A stretch of 64,000 nucleotides of DNA, taken from positions 544,351 to 608,350 of the forward strand of contig JBFWOS010000001.1 in the NCBI GenBank assembly GCA_050250375.1, given 5' to 3'. The position numbers and the translations under genes are program-made. Under the pieces are notes generated by a model. It saw only the letters and a list, made by a program, of their open reading frames with translations, was not told where the DNA came from and did not search any database. Positions 9,273 to 19,914 of this stretch are shown here, one piece after another. Numbering within the stretch: the stretch's first letter is position 1; each line of letters opens with the position of its first letter. The stretch comes from Candidatus Omnitrophota bacterium (GTDB lineage: Bacteria; Omnitrophota; Gorgyraeia; Zapsychrales; Zapsychraceae).

Positions 9273-10451
9273 TTAGGAATTATTTTTAATCCATTGAGCT
9301 ATGCGTCTGACACCTTCTTCAATTCGTTCATTTGAAGTTGCATAACTTAACCGGATATAACCGGGAGCGCCAAATCCTTCACCTGGAATAACGGCTACAT
9401 TGACGTCATTGAGAATTCTTTTGGCTAGGTCAAATGATTCACCCAATTTTGAAAAATCACAGAACAGGTAAAATGCTCCTTGAGGTCTAATATAACTAAC
9501 TTCAGGTATGCTGTCAAATAGAGAAGTAATTAAATCTCTGCGCTCTTTGAATATATCCCTCATAGCCATAACCTTATCATTAGGTTCTTTTAACGCCTGC
9601 AAAGCGGCCGCCTGACTGATCGAACACGGATTGGATGTCGTATGGTCTTGGAAATTTTTTATATACCCCATGACTTCTTCGTTGCCCGCGGCATAACCGA
9701 TCCGCCAGCCAGTCATGGAATACGCCTTTGAAACACCGTTGACGGTAAATGTTAGATTGTAAATGTCATCATTTAACGAGGCGATGGAAGTATAACGATC
9801 CGTATCATAGATTAGTTTTTCGTATATTTCGTCGCTGATAACATAGATATTATTCTTTACACAAATATCAGCAATTGGCTTGAGTTCCTCCTTGGAATAG
9901 AGCATTCCGGTAGGATTTGAAGGAGAAGCCAGCACAAATATTCTGGTTCTTTCGGTCAAACACGAAGACAATTGTTTAGCGGTCACTTTAAAATTTGTTG
10001 ACGCAGTTGTCTCAAGGATTTTAGGAGTCGCCCCTGAAATTTTCACCATTTCGGGATAACTGACCCAATACGGCGCGGGGATAATAACCTCATCCCCTTC
10101 CTCGGAAAGCATTTGGATAATATTAAAAATGGAATGTTTGGCCCCGCAAGAAACAACAATCTGGGATGGCTTATAATTAAGTTGATTGTCGATCTTGAAC
10201 TTTTCCGAAATGGCTTCTCTAAGCTGAGGCGTTCCAACACTGGGGGTATATTTAGTCTTTCCGGCCTCAATAGCGGCTATCGCGGCTTTTTTGATGGTAT
10301 CAGGGGTATCAAAATCCGGCTCTCCAGCGGCAAAGTTGACTACGTCTTTACCTTGAGCTTTAAGTTCATTGGCTTTTGCCGTAATCGCTAACGTGGATGA
10401 GCCCAAGACTTCTTGAATTCTTTTATTAATCTTGAAAGACATAGTCTGCAT
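9273..10451 (-). CDS. aspC: Class I PLP-dependent (aspartate) aminotransferase
   Basis: GEPDF, SPSNPTG, SDEIY, SKAYSMTGWRIG. Confidence 0.88.
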   Translation of the reverse strand: MQTMSFKINKRIQEVLGSSTLAITAKANELKAQGKDVVNFAAGEPDFDTPDTIKKAAIAAIEAGKTKYTPSVGTPQLREAISEKFKIDNQLNYKPSQIVVSCGAKHSIFNIIQMLSEEGDEVIIPAPYWVSYPEMVKISGATPKILETTASTNFKVTAKQLSSCLTERTRIFVLASPSNPTGMLYSKEELKPIADICVKNNIYVISDEIYEKLIYDTDRYTSIASLNDDIYNLTFTVNGVSKAYSMTGWRIGYAAGNEEVMGYIKNFQDHTTSNPCSISQAAALQALKEPNDKVMAMRDIFKERRDLITSLFDSIPEVSYIRPQGAFYLFCDFSKLGESFDLAKRILNDVNVAVIPGEGFGAPGYIRLSYATSNERIEEGVRRIAQWIKNNS

Positions 10452-10452
10452 T

Positions 10453-11064
10453 TTATTTCTCTGAAGATTTACGGTTAAACATCTTCCGTATTCCCCCGAC
10501 TATTTTCTTATCCGCTTTCTTTTTGTCTTGAGTTTCCTCTGCTTTGGACTCCTCTGAAGTGGAGTCTTTTTTTATGGTCTTTGATTTCTTTTCAGGTTTT
10601 GGCTTTTGAACTTGCTCCGCAGGTTTAGCCTCAATCTGGGTTACAGCCTTGACTTCCTTAGATTTATCGGCGGCAGACGATGACTTGGCTTTACTAATGA
10701 TAGCACCGCTTTTCTCGGTTAACTCCAAATATGCCAACTGCGCGTTATCTCCTCGTCGGTTATTTGATAAAATAATCCGCGTATACCCTCCAGCCCTTTT
10801 ATCAAAACGTATGGCGATGGTGGTAAATAAATTGCTGACGAGTCGGTGATCACAAAGTATCGCAAAGGCACGCCGTTTATTCGCCAACGTACCGCTTTTC
10901 CCCAGCGTGATCAGTTTATCGACCAATTTACGGGCTTCCTTAGCCTTTGCCTTGGTCGTACAAATCCTCTGCTGAATTAACGTTGCTTTGGCGATATCAC
11001 GCACGGTCGCTTTTCTATGCGATGTTTTTCTATTTAATCTGTTACCTGCAATTTTATGTCTCAT
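10453..11064 (-). CDS. rplQ: 50S ribosomal protein L17 with long C-terminal tail
   Basis: MRHK...TTKAKAKE...GGYTRI...RRGDNA; follows rpoA. Confidence 0.97.
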   Translation of the reverse strand: MRHKIAGNRLNRKTSHRKATVRDIAKATLIQQRICTTKAKAKEARKLVDKLITLGKSGTLANKRRAFAILCDHRLVSNLFTTIAIRFDKRAGGYTRIILSNNRRGDNAQLAYLELTEKSGAIISKAKSSSAADKSKEVKAVTQIEAKPAEQVQKPKPEKKSKTIKKDSTSEESKAEETQDKKKADKKIVGGIRKMFNRKSSEK

Positions 11065-11076
11065 GACTCACTCTTT

Positions 11077-12078
11077 TTAGATTTCATCCCGTTTAACTTG
11101 ACGTAGTTTCTTTGGATCAATTTTCATCCCCAAACTTAATCCCATGACCTTAAGAAGATCATTAATTTCTGTTAAGGACTTCTTTCCGAAATTTCTAAAG
11201 GTTAGAAGCTCTGATTCGCCTTTCTTAACAAGTTCTGCGATCGTTTTAATATTCGCATCTTTCAAGCAATTGGCGCTTCGCACAGACAACTCAAGCTCAG
11301 AAATTGGCAACCTTAACTTCTCATATAAGGATTGTTCTTCCGCAGAGATTTCTTCTTCTTCCTCTTCTTCTTCCGGCAATTGACCGTAACTGACAAAAAC
11401 ATCCAAATGCCGCTGCAAGATATTCGCTCCGTAGAGTAAACCTTCTTTTGGGTTTATTCCACCGTTTGTCCATATTTCCAAAATCAGCCGATCATAATCT
11501 GTTCGCTGCCCGACCCGTGTATTATCAACATGAAAATTGACCTTGATAATCGGTGTAAAAATGGAGTCAATGGCAATAACTTCCACATCCGTTTCTTTCT
11601 TGTTCATTTCCGCTGGCACATAACCACGGCCCCTGGAAACTTCCATTTCAATGTTTAATTTTGTGTCTCTGGATAGTGTCGCAATATGCAAATCGGGATT
11701 TAGGACCTCAATTGTTTCATCACAAATAATATCAGCGCCTTTTACATCTCCCTTTTTTTCAGCCTTTATATAAATCGGTTTCGGCACTTTTGAATGAGAT
11801 CGTATAACCAATCTTTTAAGATTCAAAATTATTTCCGAGACAGATTCCATGACTCCAGGGATAGCAGAAAATTCATGACGTGCCCCTTCAACCTTTATAG
11901 ACGTAACTGCGCTGCCTTCAATAGATGACAAAAGTATACGGCGTAAAGAATTCCCGAGTGTGACTCCATATCCCTTTTCAAAAGGTTCAGCAATAAACTT
12001 TCCATACGTATCCGTATATTCAGCCTCAACACAGTCTAGCCTTTTTGGCATTTGAAAATCGCGCCATTTAACTCCCAT
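11077..12078 (-). CDS. rpoA: RNA polymerase alpha subunit
   Basis: [34 protein letters not shown]. Confidence 0.98.
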   Translation of the reverse strand: MGVKWRDFQMPKRLDCVEAEYTDTYGKFIAEPFEKGYGVTLGNSLRRILLSSIEGSAVTSIKVEGARHEFSAIPGVMESVSEIILNLKRLVIRSHSKVPKPIYIKAEKKGDVKGADIICDETIEVLNPDLHIATLSRDTKLNIEMEVSRGRGYVPAEMNKKETDVEVIAIDSIFTPIIKVNFHVDNTRVGQRTDYDRLILEIWTNGGINPKEGLLYGANILQRHLDVFVSYGQLPEEEEEEEEISAEEQSLYEKLRLPISELELSVRSANCLKDANIKTIAELVKKGESELLTFRNFGKKSLTEINDLLKVMGLSLGMKIDPKKLRQVKRDEI

Positions 12079-12108
12079 ATTCTCCTCCTTGAAGGGTAGA
12101 TATTTCTC

Positions 12109-12720
12109 TTATTTAGAATAAAGCTCAATAATCAACTGCTCGTTGATTGGAAACTGTAAATCTTCTCGTTGGGGCAGCCTGATGATAGTTGCTTTATAAT
12201 TCTTTTCATCAAGCTTTAACCAACTCTGACGGGTTAAATCTTTATTTTTCTCAAGCGTGGCATCAACAAACGCTTTAGTTTTATCTTTAAATTTTAATTC
12301 AACCTCATCTCCTTCCTTAACCAGAAACGAAGGGATATTGACCCGTCTTCCGTTTACATGCACCAGACCGTGCCCGACTATCTGCCGCGCTTGTGGTCTG
12401 GTCAACGCAAAACCTAATCGAAAAATAACATTATCGAGTCTTCGTTCAAGAAATTGCAACAAAACGCTACCAGTAATTCCTTTTGACTGAGCTGCTTTTA
12501 GATAATAACGTCGGAATTGACGCTCCAATATTCCGTATATACGTTTGACTTTTTGCTTTTCTCTTAACTGCAGTCCATAATCTGAAAGCTTAACTCTTCG
12601 ACCCTGCCCGTGTTGTCCCGGAGCATAAGGTCGGATGTCGAATTCGTATTTCTTGGGTCCAAAGAGATTCACCCCTTCTCTTCTACATAATCTATACTTT
12701 GGTCCTAAATATCTTGCCAT
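12109..12720 (-). CDS. rpsD: 30S ribosomal protein S4
   Basis: PGQHG, YGLQLREKQK, LERRLDNVIFR. Confidence 0.98.
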   Translation of the reverse strand: MARYLGPKYRLCRREGVNLFGPKKYEFDIRPYAPGQHGQGRRVKLSDYGLQLREKQKVKRIYGILERQFRRYYLKAAQSKGITGSVLLQFLERRLDNVIFRLGFALTRPQARQIVGHGLVHVNGRRVNIPSFLVKEGDEVELKFKDKTKAFVDATLEKNKDLTRQSWLKLDEKNYKATIIRLPQREDLQFPINEQLIIELYSK

Positions 12721-12740
12721 GTCATTCTCTCCTTAAAATA

Positions 12741-13157
12741 TTAAACACGCCGTTTTTTACGGGGTCTACACCCGTTATGCGGTAGTGGGGTGATATCTTT
12801 GATTGAAGTAACACTTAAACCTGCGGCCTGAATGGCCCGAATCGCAGATTCACGTCCTGAACCTGGACCTTTAACAAGAACCTCTACTGTTTTAAGCCCT
12901 AAATCTTTGGCTTTTTTGGCCGCGTCTGATGCTGCGACCTGAGCTGCAAAAGGTGTTGATTTTTTTGAACCGCTAAACCCAACCACTCCCGGAGTCGACC
13001 AGACGATCGTATTACCTTCTTTATCGGCGATCGAAATAATTGTATTGTTAAATGTCGCAAAAATATGCGCAACACCCGACGTAACACCTTTCAGCGATTT
13101 CTTTTTTTGTTTTTCTTTCTTCCGAATTTCATTAGTTACTGGTTTTGGTTTTGCCAT
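12741..13157 (-). CDS. rpsK: 30S ribosomal protein S11
   Basis: [23 protein letters not shown]. Confidence 0.98.
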   Translation of the reverse strand: MAKPKPVTNEIRKKEKQKKKSLKGVTSGVAHIFATFNNTIISIADKEGNTIVWSTPGVVGFSGSKKSTPFAAQVAASDAAKKAKDLGLKTVEVLVKGPGSGRESAIRAIQAAGLSVTSIKDITPLPHNGCRPRKKRRV

Positions 13158-13178
13158 CAATGATATCCTTAATATTTT

Positions 13179-13553
13179 TTATTTTGTCTTTAATTTCTGT
13201 CCGACAACCGGTTTGCGTCCCTTGCGCGTACGGGAATTTGTTTTTGTCCTTTGTCCACGTACAGGCAACCCTTTTCTATGCCTAACCCCACGGTATACAC
13301 CTATTTCGATCATTCTTTTAATATTCTGATTCACTTCCCGGCGAAGATCGCCCTCCGCAACATAATTCTTCTGAATAATGTTTGTAATGCGGCTTATTTC
13401 TTCATCCGATAATTCTTTAGCTCTTCGGTTAATATCTATATTGGCTTCACGTAAAATATCAATCGCCCGTTTCGGGCCCACGCCGTATACATATTGAAGC
13501 GAAGCTTCAATTCGTTTTTCTTTTGGAATATCTACACCCATTATTCTCGGCAT
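13179..13553 (-). CDS. rpsM: 30S ribosomal protein S13
   Basis: [18 protein letters not shown]. Confidence 0.98.
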   Translation of the reverse strand: MPRIMGVDIPKEKRIEASLQYVYGVGPKRAIDILREANIDINRRAKELSDEEISRITNIIQKNYVAEGDLRREVNQNIKRMIEIGVYRGVRHRKGLPVRGQRTKTNSRTRKGRKPVVGQKLKTK

Positions 13554-13558
13554 CGCTT

Positions 13559-13675
13559 TTATCCTTGTCTTTGTTTATGTTTAGGATTGCTGTCACAAAT
13601 AACGCGCACAACTCCCTTACGTCTAATAATCTTACAGTTGCTGCATACTCTTTTTACAGATGATTTAACTTTCAT
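13559..13675 (-). CDS. rpmJ: 50S ribosomal protein L36
   Basis: Read manually (below ORF cutoff): [38 protein letters not shown]. Confidence 0.97.
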   Translation of the reverse strand: MKVKSSVKRVCSNCKIIRRKGVVRVICDSNPKHKQRQG

Positions 13676-13676
13676 T

Positions 13677-13895
13677 TTATTTGACCCTATAAGTTATTCT
13701 CCCACGACTTAAATCGTAAGGAGACAGTTCTAATTTTACTTTATCCCCGGGTAATATGCGGATAAAATGCATCCTTATTTTCCCTGATATATGTGCTTCA
13801 ACCATGTGGCCATTCTCAAGTTCGACGCGGAATTTCGCATTTGGCAACGCTTCTTTTATAGTCCCTTCGACTTCTATTAAATCTTCCTTGGCCAT
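13677..13895 (-). CDS. infA: Translation initiation factor IF-1
   Basis: [23 protein letters not shown]. Confidence 0.98.
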   Translation of the reverse strand: MAKEDLIEVEGTIKEALPNAKFRVELENGHMVEAHISGKIRMHFIRILPGDKVKLELSPYDLSRGRITYRVK

Positions 13896-13904
13896 ATAAA
13901 TTAA

Positions 13905-14663
13905 TTATTCAGTTAAAATTTCTGGTCCATTATTCAAAATCGCAACTGTGTGCTCAAAATGAGCGGATGCCTTGCCATCGGCGGTACTTACCGTCCAGCC
14001 ATCATCCAAAATTTTTGTCTGCCAGGTCCCGATATTAACCATCGGTTCAATCGCGAATACCATACCTTCTTTAAGAACCGGCCCCTGATGTGGAGGCCCG
14101 TAATTCGGTATTTCCGGATCTTCATGCAAATTGCGTCCGATTCCATGCCCTACAAAATCTTTGACCACAAAAAACTTATTCGATTCCACATATCTTTGAA
14201 TCGCTGAAGATATGTCGGATAAATGATTATGAACTCGTGCCTGATTTATACCCCGATACAAAGATTCCTTGGTAACATCAAGCAACTTTTGAAGAACCGG
14301 ATCAACAGGCCCGATTGCAACGGTTACGGCCGTGTCTGAATAATATTTATTATGAATGATGCCGACATCCAGACTGACTATATCGCCATCTTTTAAGATC
14401 CGCTCGCTTGGTATCCCATGAACAACTTCATGGTTCACCGAAATGCACACGCATCCCGGAAATCCACGATACCCCTTGAACGCCGGGATTACATTCTGCT
14501 TAGCAATTAAGCGTTCCGCGATACGATCCACTTCTTTTGTCGTAACACCTGATTTTAAAGAACTTTTTACGTCTTGAACAATACCCGCTAATATTTTTCC
14601 TGCTTCACGAAGAACTTTTAACTCTTCCTTCGTTTTGATATTAATTAAGCTTGGTTTGTCCAT
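13905..14663 (-). CDS. map: Methionine aminopeptidase type I
   Basis: VVHGIP, GHGIG..LHEDP, AIEPM, SAHFEHT; start codon uncertain. Confidence 0.96.
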   Translation of the reverse strand: MDKPSLINIKTKEELKVLREAGKILAGIVQDVKSSLKSGVTTKEVDRIAERLIAKQNVIPAFKGYRGFPGCVCISVNHEVVHGIPSERILKDGDIVSLDVGIIHNKYYSDTAVTVAIGPVDPVLQKLLDVTKESLYRGINQARVHNHLSDISSAIQRYVESNKFFVVKDFVGHGIGRNLHEDPEIPNYGPPHQGPVLKEGMVFAIEPMVNIGTWQTKILDDGWTVSTADGKASAHFEHTVAILNNGPEILTE

Positions 14664-15300
14664 TAAATAATTCAATCAATTCTTTCTGTAATTCCTCGGA
14701 TTGATGGTCACCATTCAGCGTTTTTAGAATCCCACGGGACTTATAATAGTCCACGATGGGCAGTGTATTTTCAAGATAAACAGCCATACGTTTGCGTACC
14801 GTTTCTTCATTATCATCCGGTCTTTGAATCAACTTCTCACCCGACACATCGCAAATACCTTGCTGTTTGGGTGGACGGTTGATAATGTGATAAACCATCC
14901 CGGAATTCGGTGCGACTCGCCGCCCCGTAATTCGTTGAATAATTACATCCAAAGATGCATCCATGTATATGGCCATATCCAAAGGTTTTTTTATTTCCGT
15001 CAAAATCTCATCCAAACTTTTCGCCTGTGCTTTAGTCCTTGGATATCCATCAAGCATATAACCGCATAGTTTCGTTTCGCCTGTGAGTTTATTCGCCAAT
15101 AACTTTGTTACCAAATCATCGGGAACTAACTCGCCTTTTTCAACGTAACTTTTTGCTTCCTGACCGAGTTTTGTGTTATTCTTCATCTCTTCACGCAATA
15201 AATCTCCGGTCGAAATATGTAAAAGATCACGGGTTGTTTTTAATAGTCCCGCCAATGTGCCTTTACCCGCTCCAGGGGGCCCCAACAACACAACGTTCAT
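14641..15300 (-). CDS. adk: Adenylate kinase
   Basis: GPPGAGKGT, HISTGDLLR, LDGYPR. Confidence 0.97.
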   Translation of the reverse strand: MNVVLLGPPGAGKGTLAGLLKTTRDLLHISTGDLLREEMKNNTKLGQEAKSYVEKGELVPDDLVTKLLANKLTGETKLCGYMLDGYPRTKAQAKSLDEILTEIKKPLDMAIYMDASLDVIIQRITGRRVAPNSGMVYHIINRPPKQQGICDVSGEKLIQRPDDNEETVRKRMAVYLENTLPIVDYYKSRGILKTLNGDHQSEELQKELIELFNGQTKLN

Positions 15301-16643
15301 CGGCGCCCTTTTATATGTCCTGAGCGCATAAAACCATCATAATGCCGCATAAGTAAATGTGACTCAATCTGTTTCATCGTGTCAAGCATAACACCAACGA
15401 TGATCAGAACTCCTGTACCCCCAAAAAACGAAGCAACCAAATACGGAACCTTAAAAGATGCCATAATGGCATCCGGCATAATTGCAATTGTACAAATAAA
15501 AATCGCACCCGCAAGAGTAATACGGGTCATAACAAAATCCAGATAATCCGCTGTCTGTGATCCTGGTCTGACTCCGGGAATAAATCCTCCCTGTTTCTTC
15601 ATATTGTCGGCCACATCAATCGGATTAAATACGATCGCTGTATAGAAATAACAAAAGAATACGATCAGAAACGCATAAATTGTATAGTATAACCATCCTC
15701 CGCGAGATAAGTACCCGGCCATATTTTGAAAAGACTGGTTCGGAATAAAGCTGGCCAACGTTGCCGGGAATAAAATAATTGATTGTGCAAAAATAATCGC
15801 AATAACCCCGGAAGTATCTACCTTAAGCGGAATATATGAATTCTGTCCGCCGTACACCTTGCGGCCAACAATTCTTCGGGCATATTGAACCGGAATTTTA
15901 CGTTGAGCTTGTGTAATCAGAGTGATTGCAATGATTACGCCAATTAAAAAGGCAATCATAATTAACAACGTCAATGGCTGTAATTGAGTTGTCCCTCCCG
16001 CCTGAGATGAAAGCATTTTAATCAGCATATTTACGGCAGATGGCGCGGCCGAAATAATCCCGGCTGTGATCACCAAGGAAATACCATTTCCAATGCCTTT
16101 TTCCTGGATCTGCTCTCCCAGCCACATCAATAACATTGTCCCGGAAGTCAGCGTTAATACGGTAACAATCCTGAACGCCCATCCTGGATTGTCAACTAAC
16201 TGGAACCCTTGAAAAGCTTGAGGACTTTCAAGCCATAACGCTATAAAAAATGACTGAACGAGGCCTAATCCTAAAGTTCCATATCTGGTATATTGGTTTA
16301 TCTTACGATAACCGGCCTGGCCTTCTTTGGCCAACTTTTCTAAGGCTGGAATAACAGCTGTCAGTAATTGTAAAATGATTGAACTCGAAATGTAGGGCAT
16401 AATCCCCAAGGAGAAAACCGTCATCTTTTCTAAGGCCCCTCCTGAAAACAGGTTCATTATACCAAATATACTTCCGTCAGAACTTGATGCCATTTTGTCA
16501 AAGAATTGCCCCAAAACAGAGGCATTAACCCCCGGTGTGGGGATATAACAACCAATACGATATACAACAATAATCCCTAAAGTAAATAAAATTTTCTTTT
16601 TTAATTCAGGAATTTTAAAACAATTAGCAAATGTAGCTAACAT
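15297..16643 (-). CDS. secY: Preprotein translocase SecY
   Basis: LGIMPYISSSI, GIGNGIS, FIPGVRPG. Confidence 0.98.
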   Translation of the reverse strand: MLATFANCFKIPELKKKILFTLGIIVVYRIGCYIPTPGVNASVLGQFFDKMASSSDGSIFGIMNLFSGGALEKMTVFSLGIMPYISSSIILQLLTAVIPALEKLAKEGQAGYRKINQYTRYGTLGLGLVQSFFIALWLESPQAFQGFQLVDNPGWAFRIVTVLTLTSGTMLLMWLGEQIQEKGIGNGISLVITAGIISAAPSAVNMLIKMLSSQAGGTTQLQPLTLLIMIAFLIGVIIAITLITQAQRKIPVQYARRIVGRKVYGGQNSYIPLKVDTSGVIAIIFAQSIILFPATLASFIPNQSFQNMAGYLSRGGWLYYTIYAFLIVFFCYFYTAIVFNPIDVADNMKKQGGFIPGVRPGSQTADYLDFVMTRITLAGAIFICTIAIMPDAIMASFKVPYLVASFFGGTGVLIIVGVMLDTMKQIESHLLMRHYDGFMRSGHIKGRR

Positions 16644-16655
16644 AAATCTAAATCC

Positions 16656-17135
16656 TTAAGAGGATGATTTTTTAGTTTTCTGCGTCACTTTCTTTGCCGC
16701 AATCTCAACCTTACCGCCGGCTTTTATAATCTTTTCTTTTGCCGACTCAGATACGCTTTCAGCTTGGACGATCAACGCGTTCTTTAATTCGCCATCCCCT
16801 AAAATTTTGAACGGTTTATTTAAACTCTTAATTAATCCTTCAGATTTTAAAAGTTCAGCCGTCACTATAGTGTCTTTTTTAAATCGGTTGAGGCTTTCCA
16901 CCTTAACAATTTGATTCAAGATTGGTCTGTGAGAATTAAATCCCACTTTCGGCAAACGACGAATCAATCGCATCTGCCCGCCCTCATGCGCTTTTGGCGA
17001 CCAATCACCCGATCTTGAAGTCTGACCTTTTTGCCCGCGACCAGATGTTTTTCCAAGACCTGAACCCTTCCCTCGTCCGACAATCTTTCTGCGTTTTCTT
17101 GATCCTTTGGGAGATACTAATTCATGTAACTGCAT
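16656..17135 (-). CDS. rplO: 50S ribosomal protein L15
   Basis: GRGKGSGLGKTSGRGQKGQ, EGGQ. Confidence 0.97.
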   Translation of the reverse strand: MQLHELVSPKGSRKRRKIVGRGKGSGLGKTSGRGQKGQTSRSGDWSPKAHEGGQMRLIRRLPKVGFNSHRPILNQIVKVESLNRFKKDTIVTAELLKSEGLIKSLNKPFKILGDGELKNALIVQAESVSESAKEKIIKAGGKVEIAAKKVTQKTKKSSS

Positions 17136-17136
17136 A

Positions 17137-17823
17137 TTATTTTCTCGCTACTTTTAAACGTGTTAAACCATCGAATGTCGCTTTAACCACATTTACCGGA
17201 TTATTGGACCGATGACATTTAGTTAAAATATTATGGATTCCCGCACCATCACAAACGGCACGAACTGTTCCTGAGGCGATAACGCCCGTACCTTCAGCAG
17301 CCGGTTTAAGCAATACTTCAGCCCCGCCACATATCCCTATTATTTCATGGGGGATGGTACTTCCTTTCATCGGAATCTTGACCATATTCTTCTTTGCGAC
17401 GATCAAAGCCTTGCGAATCGCGATTGATACCTCACTCGCTTTTTCGTGGCTGTATCCCACTTTTCCCATCGCGTCACCAACAACAACCAGCGCGCTGAAT
17501 GATAGTTTTTTCCCGCCTTTGGTAACCTTTGTGATTCTTTTGATAGAAATAACCTTCTCGATGACTTCGGGAGCGGTTGGGTCTTTTATGATGGAGCCCG
17601 GTTCAACTTTGGGAACTTTTGAATCGAGGGACTTCTCTTTGGTTTCCCCTGTTTCCTCAACCGTTAACAAATTTTCATCCTTTTCTTCCAAAACATCATC
17701 TTTTTTTGGGATTTTTGAAAGGCGGTTTTCTCTGTCACCTGCAGTCAAATCAGTTCTTTTATTATTTTGCTTAGAAAAATTTTTTCTGCTTTCTACTTTA
17801 TCGTCATTTTCTTTATTATTCAT
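17137..17823 (-). CDS. rpsE: 30S ribosomal protein S5 with long N-terminal extension
   Basis: KVTKGG...FSALVVVGD, PAAEGTGVIA; ATG at 17823 just after the rplR stop. Confidence 0.95.
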   Translation of the reverse strand: MNNKENDDKVESRKNFSKQNNKRTDLTAGDRENRLSKIPKKDDVLEEKDENLLTVEETGETKEKSLDSKVPKVEPGSIIKDPTAPEVIEKVISIKRITKVTKGGKKLSFSALVVVGDAMGKVGYSHEKASEVSIAIRKALIVAKKNMVKIPMKGSTIPHEIIGICGGAEVLLKPAAEGTGVIASGTVRAVCDGAGIHNILTKCHRSNNPVNVVKATFDGLTRLKVARK

Positions 17824-17827
17824 AAAT

Positions 17828-18196
17828 TTAGAACTCCAATCCACCTTTTCGTGCAGCATCGGCAAATGCCTTTACACGCCCGTGGTATAAGTATCCGCCT
17901 CGGTCAAAACAAACCTTGGTGATGCCTTTTTCTTTTGCTTTAACAGCAAGTGCCTCTCCTAGAACTGTAGCCGCTTTAATATTCCCGCAATTTTTTTGAT
18001 TGGAACGAATATTTTTGTCTAACGTCGACATGCCAAATAACACTTTGGCGTTTTCATCATCAATCAACTGTGCAGATATATTCTTTAAACTGCGGTGAAC
18101 ACACAAACGTGGGCATTCTTGTGTACCGAAAGATATTTTTCGGATTCTTTGATGACGGTACAATCTTTGCGTTTCTCGTATATTTGTCTTTTTCAT
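17828..18196 (-). CDS. rplR: 50S ribosomal protein L18
   Basis: FDRGGYLYHGRVKAFADAAR. Confidence 0.97.
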   Translation of the reverse strand: MKKTNIRETQRLYRHQRIRKISFGTQECPRLCVHRSLKNISAQLIDDENAKVLFGMSTLDKNIRSNQKNCGNIKAATVLGEALAVKAKEKGITKVCFDRGGYLYHGRVKAFADAARKGGLEF

Positions 18197-18735
18197 TATT
18201 TAGATACCGATTTACCTTGTTTTCTTCTAACATTTTCACCTAAGTAACGTATGCCTTTGCCTTTATACGGCTCTACTTTCTTTAGATCACGAATAGATGC
18301 TGCCACTTGGCCGACTCGTTGGGCACTGATCCCTTCAATAATGATTGAAGTCTGTGTTGGCACTGTCACTTTTACGTCATCCGGGATGTTAAATTCGACC
18401 GGGTGGCTGAATCCAAGGATAAAAACAATCTTCTTTCCCTGCAACTGCGCCCTAAAACCGATCCCTTGAATCTCAAGTTCTTTTTTGTGACCTTGCGTTA
18501 AGCCTGTTAACATGTTTGCCAAATGCGCACGAATTGTACCATGATTGGCCCGATGTTGTTTTGCGTTAGATAACCGGTTCACCGCCAATTTATTTTCTTT
18601 CAGTTCAACGGCAATACCTGAAGGTACCTGCAAATTCATTTTCCCTTTAGGCCCTTCCATTTTTACTTGAGAACCATCAACATTTACTTTTACTTCTTTA
18701 GGCAACTCTATTGGAATTTTTGCTTTTCTAGACAT
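18196..18735 (-). CDS. rplF: 50S ribosomal protein L6
   Basis: LGFSHP, EPYKGKGIRY. Confidence 0.97.
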   Translation of the reverse strand: MSRKAKIPIELPKEVKVNVDGSQVKMEGPKGKMNLQVPSGIAVELKENKLAVNRLSNAKQHRANHGTIRAHLANMLTGLTQGHKKELEIQGIGFRAQLQGKKIVFILGFSHPVEFNIPDDVKVTVPTQTSIIIEGISAQRVGQVAASIRDLKKVEPYKGKGIRYLGENVRRKQGKSVSK

Positions 18736-18741
18736 TTTTCC

Positions 18742-19137
18742 CTACCAGATATAACATAAAATTTCACCACCGACGTTCATTTTTCGGGCTTCCCTGTCAT
18801 CGACAACACCCTTAGATGTCGAGATAACAGCTGTACCCAAACCGTTAAGAACGCGTGGTATTTCGTTATTTTGTTTATATATTCTTAGCCCGGGCTTTGA
18901 AATTCTTTTTAGCCCGGTAATAAGCGGTTTCTTGTTTTCATATTTCATATAGACTTTGAAAGAACCCTGGGCATTTGTCTTCATCAGCTTATAGTCTTCG
19001 ATATACCCGGCATTCTTAAAAATATCGAGAATTCTTTCTGTCATTGTTGATGCAGGGGCATCAACTGTTTCTTTTCCTGCTTGACTACCATTTCGTAATA
19101 TTGTCAGTAAATTACTGATCGGATCATTAAGTGACAT
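18742..19137 (-). CDS. rpsH: 30S ribosomal protein S8
   Basis: DPIS, ISKPGLRIY, STSKG, GGE. Confidence 0.97.
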   Translation of the reverse strand: MSLNDPISNLLTILRNGSQAGKETVDAPASTMTERILDIFKNAGYIEDYKLMKTNAQGSFKVYMKYENKKPLITGLKRISKPGLRIYKQNNEIPRVLNGLGTAVISTSKGVVDDREARKMNVGGEILCYIW

Positions 19138-19150
19138 AATTTTTTCCTAT

Positions 19151-19336
19151 TTACCAGCTGGCTTTTTTTACGCCCGGTATTTCACCTCTCCAGGCAAGTT
19201 CTCTAAAACAAATCCGGCAGACATTAAATCGTCGTAAAAATCCTTTAGGACGGCCGCAAATTTTACAACGGTTATGTTGCCTCACCGGGAACTTAGGTTT
19301 TCGTTCTGATTTTATAACTAATGCTTTTCTTGCCAT
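19151..19336 (-). CDS. rpsN: 30S ribosomal protein S14 (zinc-binding type Z)
   Basis: RCKICGR...CRICFRE...PGVKKASW. Confidence 0.97.
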   Translation of the reverse strand: MARKALVIKSERKPKFPVRQHNRCKICGRPKGFLRRFNVCRICFRELAWRGEIPGVKKASW

Positions 19337-19345
19337 AGTTTCCTC

Positions 19346-19912
19346 TTATACAACTTGTGTTTCAACTTTTTTGATTTTCGTGAAAGGCATACCGAATAAA
19401 CTTAACAATTCGAGTGTATGTTCTTTGGGCCCTTTATTAAATACAAATGTAATATCCATACCCTGTTGGTATTGCAGCCGTCCGGTATCAATCTCAGGAA
19501 AGATTGATTGGTCAGAAATACCTACCGTATAATTTCCTTGCTTATCAAATGATTTGCGTGATACACCGTTAAAATCACGAATCCTTGGCATACAAAAATT
19601 TATCAATCGATCCATGAACTCATACATCGTATTGCGGCGAAGGGTGACTTTACACCCGATCGGCATATCTTCTCGCAACTTAAAATTTGAAATGGCTTTT
19701 TTTGACCTGGTAATGATCGGTTTTTGTCCGGCAATTTTAGCTAAATCCAACACTGCATTATCAAGAATTTTCATATCACCGATGGCGGCACCGACCCCCA
19801 TGTTGATGACAATTTTCTCTAACTTAGGCACATCCATCGTATTCTTGATGCCGAATTTTTCCTGTAGCGCTTTAATATGCTTTGTTTTATATTGTTCGAA
19901 TAGTCTTGCCAT
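19346..19912 (-). CDS. rplE: 50S ribosomal protein L5
   Basis: KIVINMGVG, PRIRDFNG, GMDIT. Confidence 0.97.
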   Translation of the reverse strand: MARLFEQYKTKHIKALQEKFGIKNTMDVPKLEKIVINMGVGAAIGDMKILDNAVLDLAKIAGQKPIITRSKKAISNFKLREDMPIGCKVTLRRNTMYEFMDRLINFCMPRIRDFNGVSRKSFDKQGNYTVGISDQSIFPEIDTGRLQYQQGMDITFVFNKGPKEHTLELLSLFGMPFTKIKKVETQVV

Positions 19913-19914
19913 TT

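Noticed and set aside
11340-11375. (TCT/TCC)n run in rpoA
   Set aside because: It encodes a poly-Glu linker between the alpha NTD and CTD, in frame, and is not a contingency repeat
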